64,000 nt of DNA from Lytechinus pictus (taxonomy: Eukaryota), in contig NC_087252.1 in assembly GCF_037042905.1 (NCBI RefSeq), positions 16,060,001-16,124,000 of the forward strand. Reading direction: 5' to 3'. A program made the position numbers and the translations under genes. Positions 1 through 13,657 of the stretch are shown here, one piece after another. The notes under the pieces were generated by a model. That model ran no database searches and had not been told where the DNA came from. It saw nothing but the letters and a program-made list of their open reading frames with translations. How positions within the stretch are numbered: the stretch's first letter is position 1; each line of letters begins with the position of its first letter.

Positions 1-72
1 ATTTTTAGTAGTATAATTTTAACATTTTTTTGTATTTTGCTGACATTTTGATAAAGTTATTGGGATCTATGA

Positions 73-1273
73 TTTTTAACTCATCCGGCCCGAAGGGCTA
101 GATGAGCTTATGCCATGGCGTGGCGTCCGTCCACAATTTCAAAATGCTTCTTCTTCGCCATTTCTAGTCCGGAATCCATTCTGTTTGCTTTATATGATAG
201 CACTAGGTAGGGGATTCAAAACTTCTTCATAGAATTTTGAAACTCATTAAATATGCTAATTTATGCGCATTTTTCAAAATTCACAAAAAATGCTTCTTCT
301 TAATTAGTTGACCGATTTTGAATTGTTTGCTTCCATCTGGTAGAGCTTCATGAAGGTCACCAAACTTCTACACAAAATTTTGAAATTTGGCCGGAGTAGA
401 AAATTATTTATGCTAACTTATGCGAAATTCATAAATCACAGAAAATGCCTCTTCTTTATTTGTTGACTGAATTTCAAAATGCTGCCCGCTTCGTCATTTC
501 AAATCTGATTTTAATTCTGTTTGCTTTTAATATGATAGCATTAGGTGGGGGATTCAAACCTTCTACACAGAATTTTGAAACTCATTAAATATGCTAATTT
601 ATGCGCATTTTTCAAAATTCACAAAAAAATGCTTCTCCTTCGTTATTTGTTGACCTATTTCGGCTTCCTTTTGGTAGCACTTCATGAGGTTCACCAAATT
701 TCTACACAGAATTTTGAAATTTTGACTAGGAACAATTTTATGCTAATTTATGCGAAATTTATTCATAAATCAACAGGAAATGATGCGTCTTCTTATTTGT
801 TGACCGATTTTGATTTTTTTTTCCATCTGGTAGATCTGCATGAGGTTCACCAAACCTGTACATCATTTGTTGATCAATTTTAATTTTCTTTGCTTTATAT
901 GATCGCTTTAGGTGGTGATACAGAATTTCAACACAGAATTTTGAAACTCATGAAATATGCTTATTTATATATTTTCAACTAAAAAAATGACTCATTTATT
1001 TGTTGATTATTTTTGTTCCATCTGAGAGCTACATGAGGTTCACCAAGGTTCTACACAGAGTTTAGAAATGTTGACTAGAAAATTATTCATGCTAATTTAT
1101 ATAAAATTTATTCATAGATCACAAAAAAGCTTCTATGTAATTTCTTCATCAATTTCAATTCTATATCCTCAATTTATGTCACCAATATAATTCACTACAG
1201 TGACGTCAACTGGGCTGAAATTAAAAGTGTGTTAAATATGCTGGATGAGCTCCACATCATTGATGTGCTAGTT
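73..1273 (+). mobile_element. Helentron-associated non-autonomous element (HINE/DINE-1-like) with internal tandem repeats
   Basis: Starts in a T-run. The 5' CTCATCCGG...GATGAG hairpin pairs with a 3' subterminal CTGGATGAG (about 1241-1249), followed by stem-loop CACATCA-T-TGATGTG (1253-1267) and GTT. About 3 internal repeats of roughly 340 bp; no TSD. Confidence 0.65.
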
Positions 1274-1659
1274 TTAAAAGGTTGTAAATACTAGTATCAT
1301 ATCAATGACATCAAACGTTCTTAGAATGTCATAACTGAAACTGCTTTATAGTATTTTCACTAAAAAAAGAGAGAAAATATTGTTTTCATACATATTTATG
1401 ATATAACATCATCTGATCATTTAAGAAATAAATTCATTTTACTATCATCGTTTTTATAATGTTATACATTATGTGAAAAAAATAATGTTGGTAGAATATG
1501 ACAATAACATAAAACATCATTCTCGAAATGTCATGATTATGATTATGCTTCTCAAATATTTTAACAAAACTTATTTTTAGAAATGCTTTTCCAATGTTTA
1601 AAAAAAAATGTTTGAAAAATGAATCAGAAACATCCTAATTTTGACATTTTTATGATATC

Positions 1660-2242
1660 ACAAGTCCACCCCAGAAAATTTTTGATTTTTATAAATAGCG
1701 AAAAACTCTAACAAGCACAACGGTGAAAATTTCATCAAAATCTGAAGTAAAATGAGAAAGGTACGAAGTTTCCATTATTTTTCACAAAACAGTTATATGC
1801 ACGACTCGGACATGCAAATGAGAGAGTTGATGTCCCTCACTCACCATTTTTTGTATGATATTATTTGAATTATAAAATGTATTTCAATTTTTACATATTT
1901 GACAATAAGGACCGAATTGATCGAACCATAAATTGTTAAAACAAAGGTAATACCACATGTTCAGGGAGGAACAAAACTTTGTTTCACAGGACAACAGGGA
2001 TATAATTGGAATATTCAATATTTCATATAATAAAATACAAAAGAAATAGTGAGTGATGTCATCAGTCCCCTCATTTGCATACCTGTCCAAGATGTGAATA
2101 TAACTGTTTTGTGAAAATTATAAAGCGAGACTTAAAAATGTCATAACTTTCTGATTTTGATTTAATTTTTAACTATTATTCTTGTTGGATTTTTTCTCTT
2201 TTTATTCAAATCAACTTTTTATGGGGTGGACTTGTCCTTTAA
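1660..2242. mobile_element. Kolobok-like TTAA MITE, left end clipped
   Basis: CAAGTCCACCCC...GGGGTGGACTTGTCCT-TTAA; same family as 17462-18062 and 18218-18823. Confidence 0.65.
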
Positions 2243-2834
2243 GAAACGAATAATTATCATGCCATGGGTGTGACAATAACAAACTTTCCCACAAAATTAT
2301 GATAATATATATTTTTTTTTAATAACTAAACATTTTTGAAAAAAAAAGGTTTTCTAATGTTTTCCTGAAGTACTAATGAATTGTACAACAAACATTCATA
2401 TTTTGATGTTTTTATGATATCATAATTTTAAGAAACAAAATAAAATTTTACTATAATATCTCTATAATTACGGTAAATATATATAAAAAATACTATCTTA
2501 AAACTTTGGAAAAAATTTAATGATAATAGCATTAAAGGTTCTATAAAAGTTATGAAAATATGTTCTCAAAATGTTTTAGTTAAACATTCTTGAAAAATGT
2601 TTTTTCTTTTGTTTTCCCAAAATGTTGAAAAAAAATATTGAACTCATTTTTTTTTAATCGTTTTTATAATATAATTTGGATATGAACGGGGCAGCAAAAG
2701 GAGGGCACCAGGCCCGACAGATGAATCATGATGATGCAAAACTATACTTTTGATCATTTCAGACATGTCTTATACTTCATAGACATCACCATTATTGTTA
2801 TAAAAATTGCAATGCACTTTCCGCCTTCATCTAG

Positions 2835-3430
2835 CCCTGATAGCAGAAACTGGTAAAAATGACGTCATAATTACGTCAGTTTAACGACGAGTGTCACGTC
2901 ATTTTGACGTCGTAACATGACGTCTTATTGACGGGATCTTGCACCCGCGAATAACGTCATTATGACGTCGTATATTGACGTCATTATGACGTCTCCAAGA
3001 GTGACTACGACGTCTTAATGACGTCTTAGCAACGTTTTTACAACGTTTTCCTGACCAGTATCAAGGGTCAGATTGACGTCGTGTATTGACGTGATTATGA
3101 CGTCTTCGAGAGTCAACAACGACGTCTTAATGACATCCGTGTAACGTGTTCCTGACCGGTTTTAGACGTCATATTGATGTAATTATGACGTCTTTAAAAG
3201 TCATCTACGACGTCTTAATGACAACTTTGCGACGTATTCCTGACCAGTTTTAGACGTCATATTGATGTAATTATGACGTGTTTATAAGTCAACTACGACG
3301 TCTGAATGACGACTTTGCAACATATTGCTGACTAGTAATAGACGTCATATTGACGTCGCATATTGAAATGAATATGACGTCTTTTGGAGTCAACTATGAT
3401 ATCTTAACGTATTCTGACGTGATAATGACC
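2835..3430. mobile_element. CACTA/EnSpm-like left end with GACGTC-rich subterminal repeats
   Basis: Terminus CCCTGATAGCAGAAACTG followed by about 60-bp repeats rich in GACGTC; matching inverted terminus at 17304-17321. Confidence 0.6.
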
Positions 3431-3974
3431 TAAACATTAAATTCTACATGCAATGTACATACACACATCACTTCAAAGACCTTGTCATTGAGGATTATCT
3501 ATATTTGGTGAATACTGAGGTGGTCTGACAATGTCCAGCATTCCCAGTAACAATATAATGATCCTCCATGCCAGGGCCTTGCATAACTTGTCTCGGTCTC
3601 AAGAACATGACCCCCCCCCCCCCGAAAAAGAATATATACAAAAATGGAAAACGAAATCAAATACATGTACGCATTTCAATTACGAAATCGTGGCAAATAT
3701 TCTATTAATAAATAAAAGTTGCATAACATATTACCAGCAAAAAAAAAAGGAATACAAAATGTTGAAAACTCTAAATAGATTGAAAAAAAAAAACACTTTT
3801 CTATGAAAATGCAGTATTAGGGTCAAAGGAATGAAATTACAATGTTTGTTATACCAATACATACAATTGTACATGTATAAATACACATTAATACATAACA
3901 GAGGCATAATGATCTCCAAGAATAAAGCTTTTTCGTTGAAATTGTAATTAAATATACCTTCAACTTTAGACAAC

Positions 3975-5270
3975 TATGTAATGTAGGTAAAAATATACTG
4001 TATGTAAAAAAAAAATACCCGAGTTGGAATAGTTTCAGGATTTATGGAAGCTCGCATTTGGGTGAAAGAATCATACATGTACATTAATTCTTATGAAATG
4101 TTTGGGTTGTATTACACTATCACTTAGGGCCAGGGGTAAAAGACAGTAGTTGCAGCAAACAATTATTTCTTCGGAAAGTCTTTTAAATTAAGGTTAATTG
4201 TCAAAATATTGTACATAATCTAGATCTGGGCCCTGTCTTACAAAGAGTTACGATTGATCCGATCAATCATAACTCTATGGAAATCCATCAGTGTCATAAT
4301 TTTTTCTACGAAAAATTTGCACAATGTCCTTTGGCTTTGTATGCAAAGAGAAGCGCAGCGAATTTTTGAGAAAACAATGAATGCATGAACATACATCATA
4401 GCTAGAAAATATTTTGAACAAACATGCTTAATAGATGTTAACGTTGCTGACCGTCCATAGTTGCGATTGATCGGATCAATCATAACTCTTTGTAAGACGG
4501 GGCCCTGGTAAATTAATGTAAACTTGTATCTTTGTAAAATCATGAATTTTGATCTTAAAATCAATAATTCTGATGATCACTAACACAGAAAAGCATATGT
4601 GGGACAGGACAGTGTATTATGATTGATTTGAAAAATACCCAACATTTGATAGAATTACATGCTTATTTTGCTCATTTCTCAGCAATTACACATTTTCTTC
4701 CCGAGCTTTTTGGCACACATCTTTTATATATACATACACTTTGCTGGTAATTCTGTTGGATTCTGTTCGAACTCATTTTAAGATAGTTACTACTAGAGGT
4801 GCGCTATTAACTTAAGGCAACTATGCAATGTAGGACAAAATATACTGTATGTAAAAAAAAAAAAATACCTGAGTTGCAAAGTTTTCAGGATTTGTGGAAG
4901 CTTGCATTTGGGTGAAAGAATCATGCATCAATAAGTCTGATGAAAATAGTTTGTGGAACTGTTGTATTACACTATCACTTAGAAGGAAAAGACAGTAGTT
5001 GCAGCAAACAATTATTTCTTGAGAAAATCTATAAAATCAAAGTTCATTGTCAATATATTGTACATAATCTACATCTGGTACATTAATGTAAACTTGTATC
5101 TTTGTAAAATCATGAATTTTTAAACTTAAAATCGATAATTCTGATGATCGCTGTAAACACAGAAAAGCATATGTGGGACAGTGTATTATAATCGATTCGA
5201 AAAATACCTGACATTTGATAGAATTACATCCTTATTTTGCTCATTTCTCAGCAATTACGCATTTTCTTCC
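3975..5270. repeat. Diverged tandem duplication (about 3975-4815 and 4817-5270) containing a Kolobok-like MITE fragment
   Basis: CAACTATG..AATGTAGG...ATACTGTATGTAAAAAAA and downstream blocks recur in both copies; related sequence at about 8733-9072. Confidence 0.7.
4229..4504. mobile_element. PIF/Harbinger-like palindromic MITE, 3-bp TSD CTG
   Basis: About 45-bp imperfect TIR (GGCCCTGTCTTACAAAGAGTTA...). CTG at 4226-4228 and 4505-4507. Empty site ATCTGGTA in the duplicate copy at about 5073. Confidence 0.75.
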
Positions 5271-5612
5271 CTACATGTAGCTACGTAGGCTTTTTATGTG
5301 AGCTGAGAGATTTCATACCAGATTTCCTTTGCTTGATAAAGTTCTTTAATATGATAGTCTGTGTATCAGCATAGCATGTGTTCAGTGTTTTGAACCCACT
5401 GGAAATTGTGCATCATATCTTTATGTATGGAAGTCATTTTGCGTCTGCGGTCTCCATGGTTTTTTCAGGATCTATGTGTTGACTAGACCAGTCCCATATT
5501 GATATTTTCGTGCTGTGTCACTTTGGAAGGCCGTCTCTAATTGGTTGACTGGTGAGTTGGCAGATGCACAGCCCATCCCACTTTTCAATTATATCATTAC
5601 GTAATCTCTAAC

Positions 5613-6245
5613 ATGTCTAAGATATGCACCAGATCAAGAGGCCGCTTGCACTCGGCTAACGCATGTACACAATCCTCTGCTTCATCATTAACTGGATCTA
5701 AACAAAGCCCAGCATACCTAGATCATATTGATACAGTCGTTCAAAGAGCGGTGGCCGTGGCAATGGAACGCGAGAGACAAAAACTCAATGATGACATGGA
5801 TAAGCGCGAAAATAAATTGCGTGAAATTCTTGATGAAAAGCTCACTAGTCTACACGTTCTTGAAATATCTATCGATACTAAATTGAAGCAACTCTGTGAT
5901 TTTGAAAAATCGGTTTCTGATAACATGACTAACACCATAATGCTTTGTCAAATAGGCTTGACCACATCGAGCAGTACTCCTGTCGCAATAATATCCGTAT
6001 CCGTATGAGATTGTTCGAAATGTAGCAAAGCAGATTGGTATCGATCTTACTCCATGTGACATTGATCGATCCCATCACCTTTGCCGACCAACTAGCAGTC
6101 ATGATGTTCAACCCAAAGGATCATACCCCGGCGTGGCCCTGTAATGCCAACTTAGCAGCTCCACCAATCAATGTGAAATTCACTTCATACAGGCCGAAAC
6201 AAACGATGATGAAAAATAGAGGAAAATGAAAATGCTCAGGAACAG
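5613..6245 (+). pseudogene. Frameshifted LINE ORF1p remnant (coiled coil plus RRM-type region, CR1/L2/L1-like)
   Basis: Coiled-coil-like 131-aa ORF, then in shifted frames RLDHIEQYSCRNNIRI, DLTPCDIDRSHHL and PPINVKFTSYRPKQTMMKNRGK, which are characteristic LINE ORF1p motifs. Confidence 0.7.
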
Positions 6246-7397
6246 ATGACTGGGTGCAGGCAGGCAAGGCAGTTCAGGTGGGATGAAAATTTATTGGCAG
6301 GACACCTTCCGTTTCAAATTACAGCATCTGCAAAAATAACAGAAGAGGAGAAACATAAAAACTTTTTCTACATAAACTATTTATTAATCTTCATTAAAAA
6401 CCAGATGGTTTAAATATTAATTTCCAATTTATTTTAAATGATTAAAAAACGATGTGGGGTTTGTTACATATTTTATACTTCAAATATTAACATGTTAAGT
6501 CAAGTCGGGGGGGGGGGGCATGATGCCCTCAAGACCTTTAACCATCTCTGTATAAGGAAGGTAATTTTAGAATCAATTTATTTGACACATAAAACATATT
6601 ATTTTTTTATAATTACAATTTTAATTCATGCCTTTTTTATGTGTTTTAAATGGTTATGGGGTAACCAGGACTGTCAGGACCGAGAATTCGAACTTCGAGG
6701 CTGAAATACAGCCATTCCCTATGCCTGATTTGGCTTAAATTCAGGTCAAGGATCAATTAAATATATATTTTGAAAAAAAAATCTGACAAATTTTGAGGTG
6801 GAATTAGTTTTCTGGCATCGCGAGATCGACCAATGCAAAATTTTATTAGCGCCAATCTACCATCTAAACTTGTCATTGAAATTAGAACGTCCAAACCGAT
6901 CTAGTACCAGTACTAGCACAATGAATCAATCAGCTATGCATGTGCACCAATTCTGTATTTCTTGCATACGTACGTCACTCGAGTTAAAGTTCATGTCATT
7001 GCGTTATATAGCGTGGGAATTGTAAGAAAGTGATCCTTCAAAATTTTTACCTTCCAACAATTAACATTTTTTAAGCCTTTGTATGCATTTAGAGTACAAA
7101 AGCTTACAAATTGGACAAATTAAATGTTTGCCCCAAAATTATTGTGGGAAGGGTGGATTTTCTAGGGAAATCCATCTTAGTGTACAAAGTTCTACAGGCA
7201 ACAGAGACTTGTCTAGGCTCCGTGAATGAAAATACAATGAAAAAATATCACAGAGTCCTCGAAGTACAGTCAGGACCATTAACAGATTATAAGGTGCCCC
7301 GAGTTTGTGCACACCCAAATCTGCGTGATTCTGATAATAGAGATTCCCAATGATCCCCCCCCAAAAAAAAGGCTTTACATCTGAAATAGCCTTCTAA

Positions 7398-7585
7398 CTT
7401 ACCTACTGCCCGATGCCTCCTATCATGTAGGGCAGCAACGAAGGATCTCCACTCCTGGCATCCAGCGATTCTGGGCCTTCTTCTGGAAACTCCCCCAGGC
7501 CAGGTCATATTCACTGACTTCATCTCCTCCTCAACTCCTCATGTGTGACACCGAGACAGGTGGTTTTGTGTCTCCCTCTCTTTCT
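7398..7585 (-). mobile_element. RTE-clade LINE 3'-terminal fragment
   Basis: Minus-strand translation includes EMKSVNMTW...EWRSFVAALHDRRH, resembling the RTE ORF C-terminus, followed by a GTAGGTAAGT tail like RTE (TAAG)n tails. Confidence 0.6.
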
Positions 7586-7681
7586 CCTGAAATGTCAAAC
7601 AGATCTATTCATTAAAAATCTTACTCAAAATGGTGCTTTTGGTAGAAAAATAATGAATATAGGGCATTTCATGTGACGCCC

Positions 7682-8461
7682 TTAACCCTTATTAAACTGG
7701 GGGGGGGGGTCAATTTGACCCCCCCCCTCAACAAATTTCATCACTACGCTGTCGCGCAAAAAATTTTGATCGCGCCGCTCACTGACTTTTTACTTTCAAG
7801 TCTCGCGCAAATTTTGAGACCAAATTTGTGACGCCCGGGTACGCGGTTACGACATTACGCAACATTATGTAAGTGCATGTCAGACCCAAAATTGCTCATA
7901 AACATGATTTCATGTACAAATCCAATGCAAATTGTGTATTTAGCCAAAATTCATAAATTTATCTTTATTTCTACTTTTACTGATTAAACTTAATTAATTT
8001 TGCCTTGTTTATGATTAGAATTAAGTCTAGAACGATTTCCATCGAAAATACAATAAAAAACAAAATGTAAAAAAACAAAGAAATACATGATTTAAAAAAA
8101 AATAAAATACATAAGAAATCGGTCTTGGTACCAGATTTTTTTTCATTCACAATTGTTAGGAATGCTATAAAGAATATTTTCACCCAAAAAATAGCATTCT
8201 AGGAGCTTTATTTAGTGAATCAGAGCAAAAAGTATGATTTCATGAATAAATTAGCATAATTAATTCATATAAAATAAAAAAATATGAATTCAGTGAAATT
8301 TACCAATGCAACTACGTAGATTACGTCATTCTCTACCATCATGCAAATTTTCGTTGTGATCGTGCAATCCACGGCCGAGATCTTATAAGGGGGGGGGGGG
8401 CAATAATACCCCCCCCCCGGGAATGACAAGAATCAAAATACCCCGGTAGATTTAGGATTAA
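7682..8461. mobile_element. piggyBac-like MITE (TTAA-CCC termini)
   Basis: TTAA|CCCTT... to ...TTTAGGA|TTAA; an internally deleted relative lies at about 32351-32723 ending GATAGGG|TTAA. Confidence 0.6.
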
Positions 8462-11384
8462 AAAAATTGAAAATTGTCAGTACGGTATATCATCGAGGAT
8501 CTACATAGTAGGATGGGGGATCGGGTGTCCGGACACTTTATATTTTTGAAGCCTTCTTTTTTGTCTTTGGATTACACTAAAAATATGAATTCAATGGTTA
8601 TAATCATCTTCGATTTTGTTCTCTCTAATATTTCCTAACATTTTGAACTAATAATTGATGAAACTTCGCTTGTAAATTATTCCAAATTACTTTCTAAAAT
8701 TGATCGTCCGGACACACAACAACTGGGTATACATGTAGATCTGGTACAGTTACATAAACTGAACTTTGTGAAATCTTGAAATCTACGCTGAAAAATGTTC
8801 AAACTGAAGATCACCAACACAGATAAGAGCACGTGGGACAGTTATTATTGCTCTGATTAATGTCGGCCCGACACTTGCCTTAGCTTGGCTCGAGTTGACC
8901 TGAATCCTGTGCTTTTTTTGCTTATTTCACAGCAATTACACAATTTCTTCCAGAATCCTTTGGCACATACGGTATATTATTTATAAATATAGACAGACAC
9001 TTTGGTGGTCATTTCATTGGATTCTGTACGAACTCATTTTGATATCGTTACCACAACTGGCATTTACCTTAAACTCAAAAGTGTGCACTGTGTCTGTGCA
9101 GACGTGCAGACTTGGGCCCTGAGCCCACCAGCGCAGCCTGTCCTATTCAGCATGCCGGCGCTCGGGGCAGCCACCCCGGCCGGGTAGTGTCAGTGCACGA
9201 AATCTAAAGCCAAAGGCAAGCCGCGCTCCGAAAAGAAAATCTTAGAAGATGGTTATCTAACTTACTGTTTGGTCTCCTGCGAATGCCTTCGAAGTCGTTA
9301 TCCAAATCTGAACCGTGTTCTTAAAGTAGTAGAACTATTATTAACGGCCATCTTCGTCGCACTTAATTCTCGATCCAAAATTAGGCTGCAACATTTACGG
9401 CGAAAAACGGGCGCATGATCCTTTTTCAAATTAAATGGCAGGGGGGTGAAACTCCGCTTCTGCATCCGGTTAGACATGGGGAAATTTTGGAAGGTCAAAA
9501 GTGCACACTGCTCCCATTTTTCGCGTACAAGCCTATGGACACCGCAACTTCATGGCACACCAGCGAAACGGAGGCGTGGTCATAATTGGCTTGCGCGCAC
9601 AGCGTAAAAATATTCAAATAAGTATATTGTCACTAATTAGCATAATGCGCGACGTGATTAAATGAATACATAGAGCTGCGTCTTTATCGAATGATAAGGT
9701 AGATTAAGCATTCATTCCCCCATGTATTATTCAGTTGTTTATTCATCTTTTCTTGTTTACATATTTTTCTATTATCTGTCGCGATTTTCACTACATCAAT
9801 TAATACATTTATTTATTTGCTAGCTATTTCCCTGGAAGACATGGAAGCTTACAAGGGACTCATTAATAGAGCTGAACTTAGGAATCTGCTTGCTCTGTTC
9901 ATCACTGCAACTTCAGTTGTTTACATTACATATCATGAAGAGCCATGAATATTTATGTTTTTTTTTTTTTTTTTTTTTTTTTGGGGGGGGGGGTAAATAC
10001 TTTAAATGATCAAATATATCTGCTGAGCAAAGCAATCAGAAGGTAATCTTGTCTTTATTTTGAAATTTAGATGAACAATCTGGTGCAAATCTTATAAAGA
10101 TTTTTTTTTTTAATCTGAGTTGGGGATGGGAGCAAAAGACAGCCCAGTACCCCCCTTCCTTATTAAGGTCACTTCCAAACAAAATAAAAATTTTGTACCT
10201 GCCCGTCCCCCAAATCTCTATATCGACCCCCCCCCCTCTCTCTCTTCTACAAACACATACCAGTTTACCACGTAATCGTGCGAACAAATTCTCATATAAT
10301 TTTTATTTCTATCCCACTCTTATATCAAACTCATTTCTCTCTTTAGGATGAATATTCAATTTGGCTGGGCCTGATCACAGTAGATATGCCATGTTGCAAT
10401 GTCTTTTATGGGCTGTCTTGCCATGCATGTTATTTTGATACTTTATGTTATACTCTTACCTGCTGTACCTTCTAGTATTATACCTGACACACAAAATCAA
10501 TGAATCAATGAATAAATCAGTATCACCATCATATTCCAGTCATATAGAAGTATTTATCTTTATCATCATTACCATCATCTAAATAGTGGCATTTCATCAC
10601 AACACAGTTTGGTAGCAATATCATCATCACATATCTTTCATGAAATATAAATTGGTGGATTAAATAAATCACAAATATCAAGGTCAGAAAGTATATTTCA
10701 AATCATGTTTATTAAGGAATCAATTTTTGAATGTGATAAAAATATTCCTATCCCTTTTTTTCTCGCCAAAGCATCACGATACATCAGCAAAATACATATT
10801 ATGAATGCAACAGAAATTGCAAGGCTGTTACAAGGGAGGGGGTGTAATTTTTTGGGGGGGTAAAATCTGAAGAAAAAAAATTGAAACAAAAAAATAAGTA
10901 TATTTTTCTAGTCATGCCATAACATATATTCACTTTCAGAGATGTTGATAAGCCTTATAATATAATGGGGCATCAAGGATGTCATTAAAAAAGATCAACG
11001 ATATACCTCTCTCTCAATGGCGGTTACTCAAATAACAAGTAATTTTTTTCAGCATTTGTTGACAAGAAATAGTATGCTAATCTAATCGAGGGCACTTCAC
11101 AAAAAAGGGGGAGCACATTGCCACATTTCTATAAAGAGTGCCTTCCCAAATCTGCACATCAGTAAATCAGTAACAAAATTGCTAATTGTCTATTTGTTGT
11201 AAAGTGCTGCTAGAGCTGTGGTTCTATTTGCAACATTTTTTTTTATTTACAGAGCTAATTTAGTTCAAAATATGGGACATGGACAATACGGTGTTACAAG
11301 AACAAAAAGAGATTAAAAGCAAACAAATCATTGCAACTTTTCACTTCCCCAAAAATAAATTTAACATCCTAATGTCTAGCACTA

Positions 11385-11545
11385 CAGGTCCTTGTTTCAT
11401 AAAGACTTCAATTATGGTAAATTTGTCCCAATTGTAGCAACTAGCATTGGAACCTCAATGTTTATCTGTTGCTTTAATGTTTCCATGGTAATTACCAGAA
11501 TGGCAAAGTTAGAGTAGTGGTAAGTCTTAATGAAATGGGGTCCAG
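11385..11545. mobile_element. Degenerate Harbinger-like MITE
   Basis: CAG|GTCCTTGTTTCATAAAGACTT ... AAGTCTTAATGAAATGGGGTC|CAG; imperfect TIR with CAG flanks. Confidence 0.45.
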
Positions 11546-12843
11546 AAGTGACAGTGATTTCTTAAACCTTTATTCTGCCACCTTGTTTTTTACTGTGCAA
11601 AATTTTCAATGAAAATCCATTATTTCTTATTGTTTTTTGTATGTCTATAGGCATGTATGTTAAATAACCCAGACCTCAGTAAAGACCCATTCTAAATTGA
11701 TTATATTACCAAAATACAACCCATCCTTTACAAACTACTAATGTCATTGAAAGTTCTTTCACTACTATAAATACTACATTTAGATGATTAGAACATTAAT
11801 AAAGGGTGGGTAGGTGTGCCCTTTGGGAAAATATTTTAATCTTGTGTGAAACCTAAGGACCTAAATATTTATACTCAAGTGTCATTTTTTTTCTACAGAT
11901 GTGTAGTTCAAGCAACAATCAATATTTAATTAATGGGTAATTGCGATGAAGAAACTACTTGTTATGAACTTGGCCTCCATATTCCGTCTTAATCTGCACT
12001 TGTGATACTCAAACAGCCTGCAAAACCTGCATGGTAAAAAATTAGAGAAAGGAACAAAATGAGCTGCTGATATAAAATTATTCTTACTCTTCTAGTCCAG
12101 TTTATTAAGAAGTTTTAAGCTTTTGATTATTCTTCCATGCAATATTCTTTAGATAATGCAAATATAGATACTTTTTTTTCTCCTATAGCCAGATAAAAAT
12201 CGTAGATCACTATTTATAGATCATTCTTCACAGAACTTTTTATGATTAAGTGTGCAAACTCATTCAAATATATATCATAAGATTACTCTCAATATTTTGT
12301 CCTTTTTTATTTGTCTACAGAGTAACTGATTTTTAAGGTGATTTATGTATGACTAATATAGATAAAACATATGGACATTAAGTATGCATAGATGAGAATG
12401 GAAATACTGGTGAATCTGAATCCAAATAAATATTAACTCTCAATGGAGCTTTACTATATGGGAAAAAACAATTCAGAAAAAGTTGCTATAGCCCCCCCCC
12501 CCCCCCAAAAAAAAAAGAGAAATATGTTTTTTTTATACAAAAACAAGCATACCTTGCAAGTTTTCAGTTCAGATATCCTGTTCCTCATCAGATTGTAACT
12601 CTTGGTGATAAGAAAATGATAGTTGACTTTGTACTTCTGACTGGGCTGCGACTGCTAAGAACTTGATCCCATTGGATCTGAAATTCAAAATACACACAAT
12701 ACAGTTTAGCACTTTAGAGGTGATAAACAAAATTCCTTTTTTTAAGAAATATTTTCAAAATTTCCAGCTAGTCATATCCTAAGCCTATGAACATGATGAA
12801 TATTCCCAACTAGTGTGAGACAATAATGTAATTTTTTGCACTA

Positions 12844-13657
12844 TACAGTGCGTCCCACAAAAAACGAAACCGAGATTTATTATAACTTAATCACAAATAC
12901 AATAGACAAATGACCTACCATTGTAAAGCTTAGAATCTCCTCTTTCATCTGAAATTACTAAGATTATTTTTCATTCACGCATGAGTGAGCAAAAACAATT
13001 TGAAGAGGGGATACTAAAAAGTCATTTGGCGAGCTGTATCTGGGTTTCAAAACGAAAACCACATTTTTAAAAAGTTCAATATCTGCTTTTTCATTTGATA
13101 CCTCAATTACAGAAAATGGTCAAGAAATAACAAAGTTCTGGTTATTTGAAATAAGGCGTGAATTTCAATAATTTCATAAAATGAAGAGGTTTTACATGCT
13201 AGCGTTCAAACTCACTCGACACTCCGTTTTGTTGACGAACAGCCATGCATTAAGTCTTATGTTAACCGTGCGATAGCTTCTGTGGGAAACCGGTGAAAAC
13301 ACGTTGATTTAATGAAATTATGGAAATAAAAGCATTGTTTCGAGGGAACATAACTTTTTTACTTCTGGACCATTTTTTTGTGATTAAGGTATCAAATAAA
13401 AGAGCAGATATTGAACTTTTTAGGCATGTGATTTTCTCTTTGAGATTCAAATACCCCCCGCCAAATGAGTTTTAGGTATCCTTTCTTCAAATTGTTTTTG
13501 CTCACTCATGCGTGAATGAGGAATAATCTAAGTAATATCAGATGAAAGAAGAGATTCTATGCTATACATTGATAGGTCATTTGTCTGTTTTATTTATGAT
13601 TAAGTTATGATAAATCATCGCTAAATCTCGGTTTCGTTTTTTGTGGGACGCACTGTA
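12844..13657. mobile_element. Tc1/mariner-like MITE, TA TSD
   Basis: TA|CAGTGCGTCCCACAAAAAACGAAACCGAGATTTA ... GGGACGCACTG|TA with long imperfect TIRs. Confidence 0.85.

Noticed and set aside
2858..3430. Palindromic periodic repeats as a CRISPR or RNA gene array
   Set aside because: Degenerate repeats adjoining a TIR with no spacer structure; better explained as subterminal repeats.
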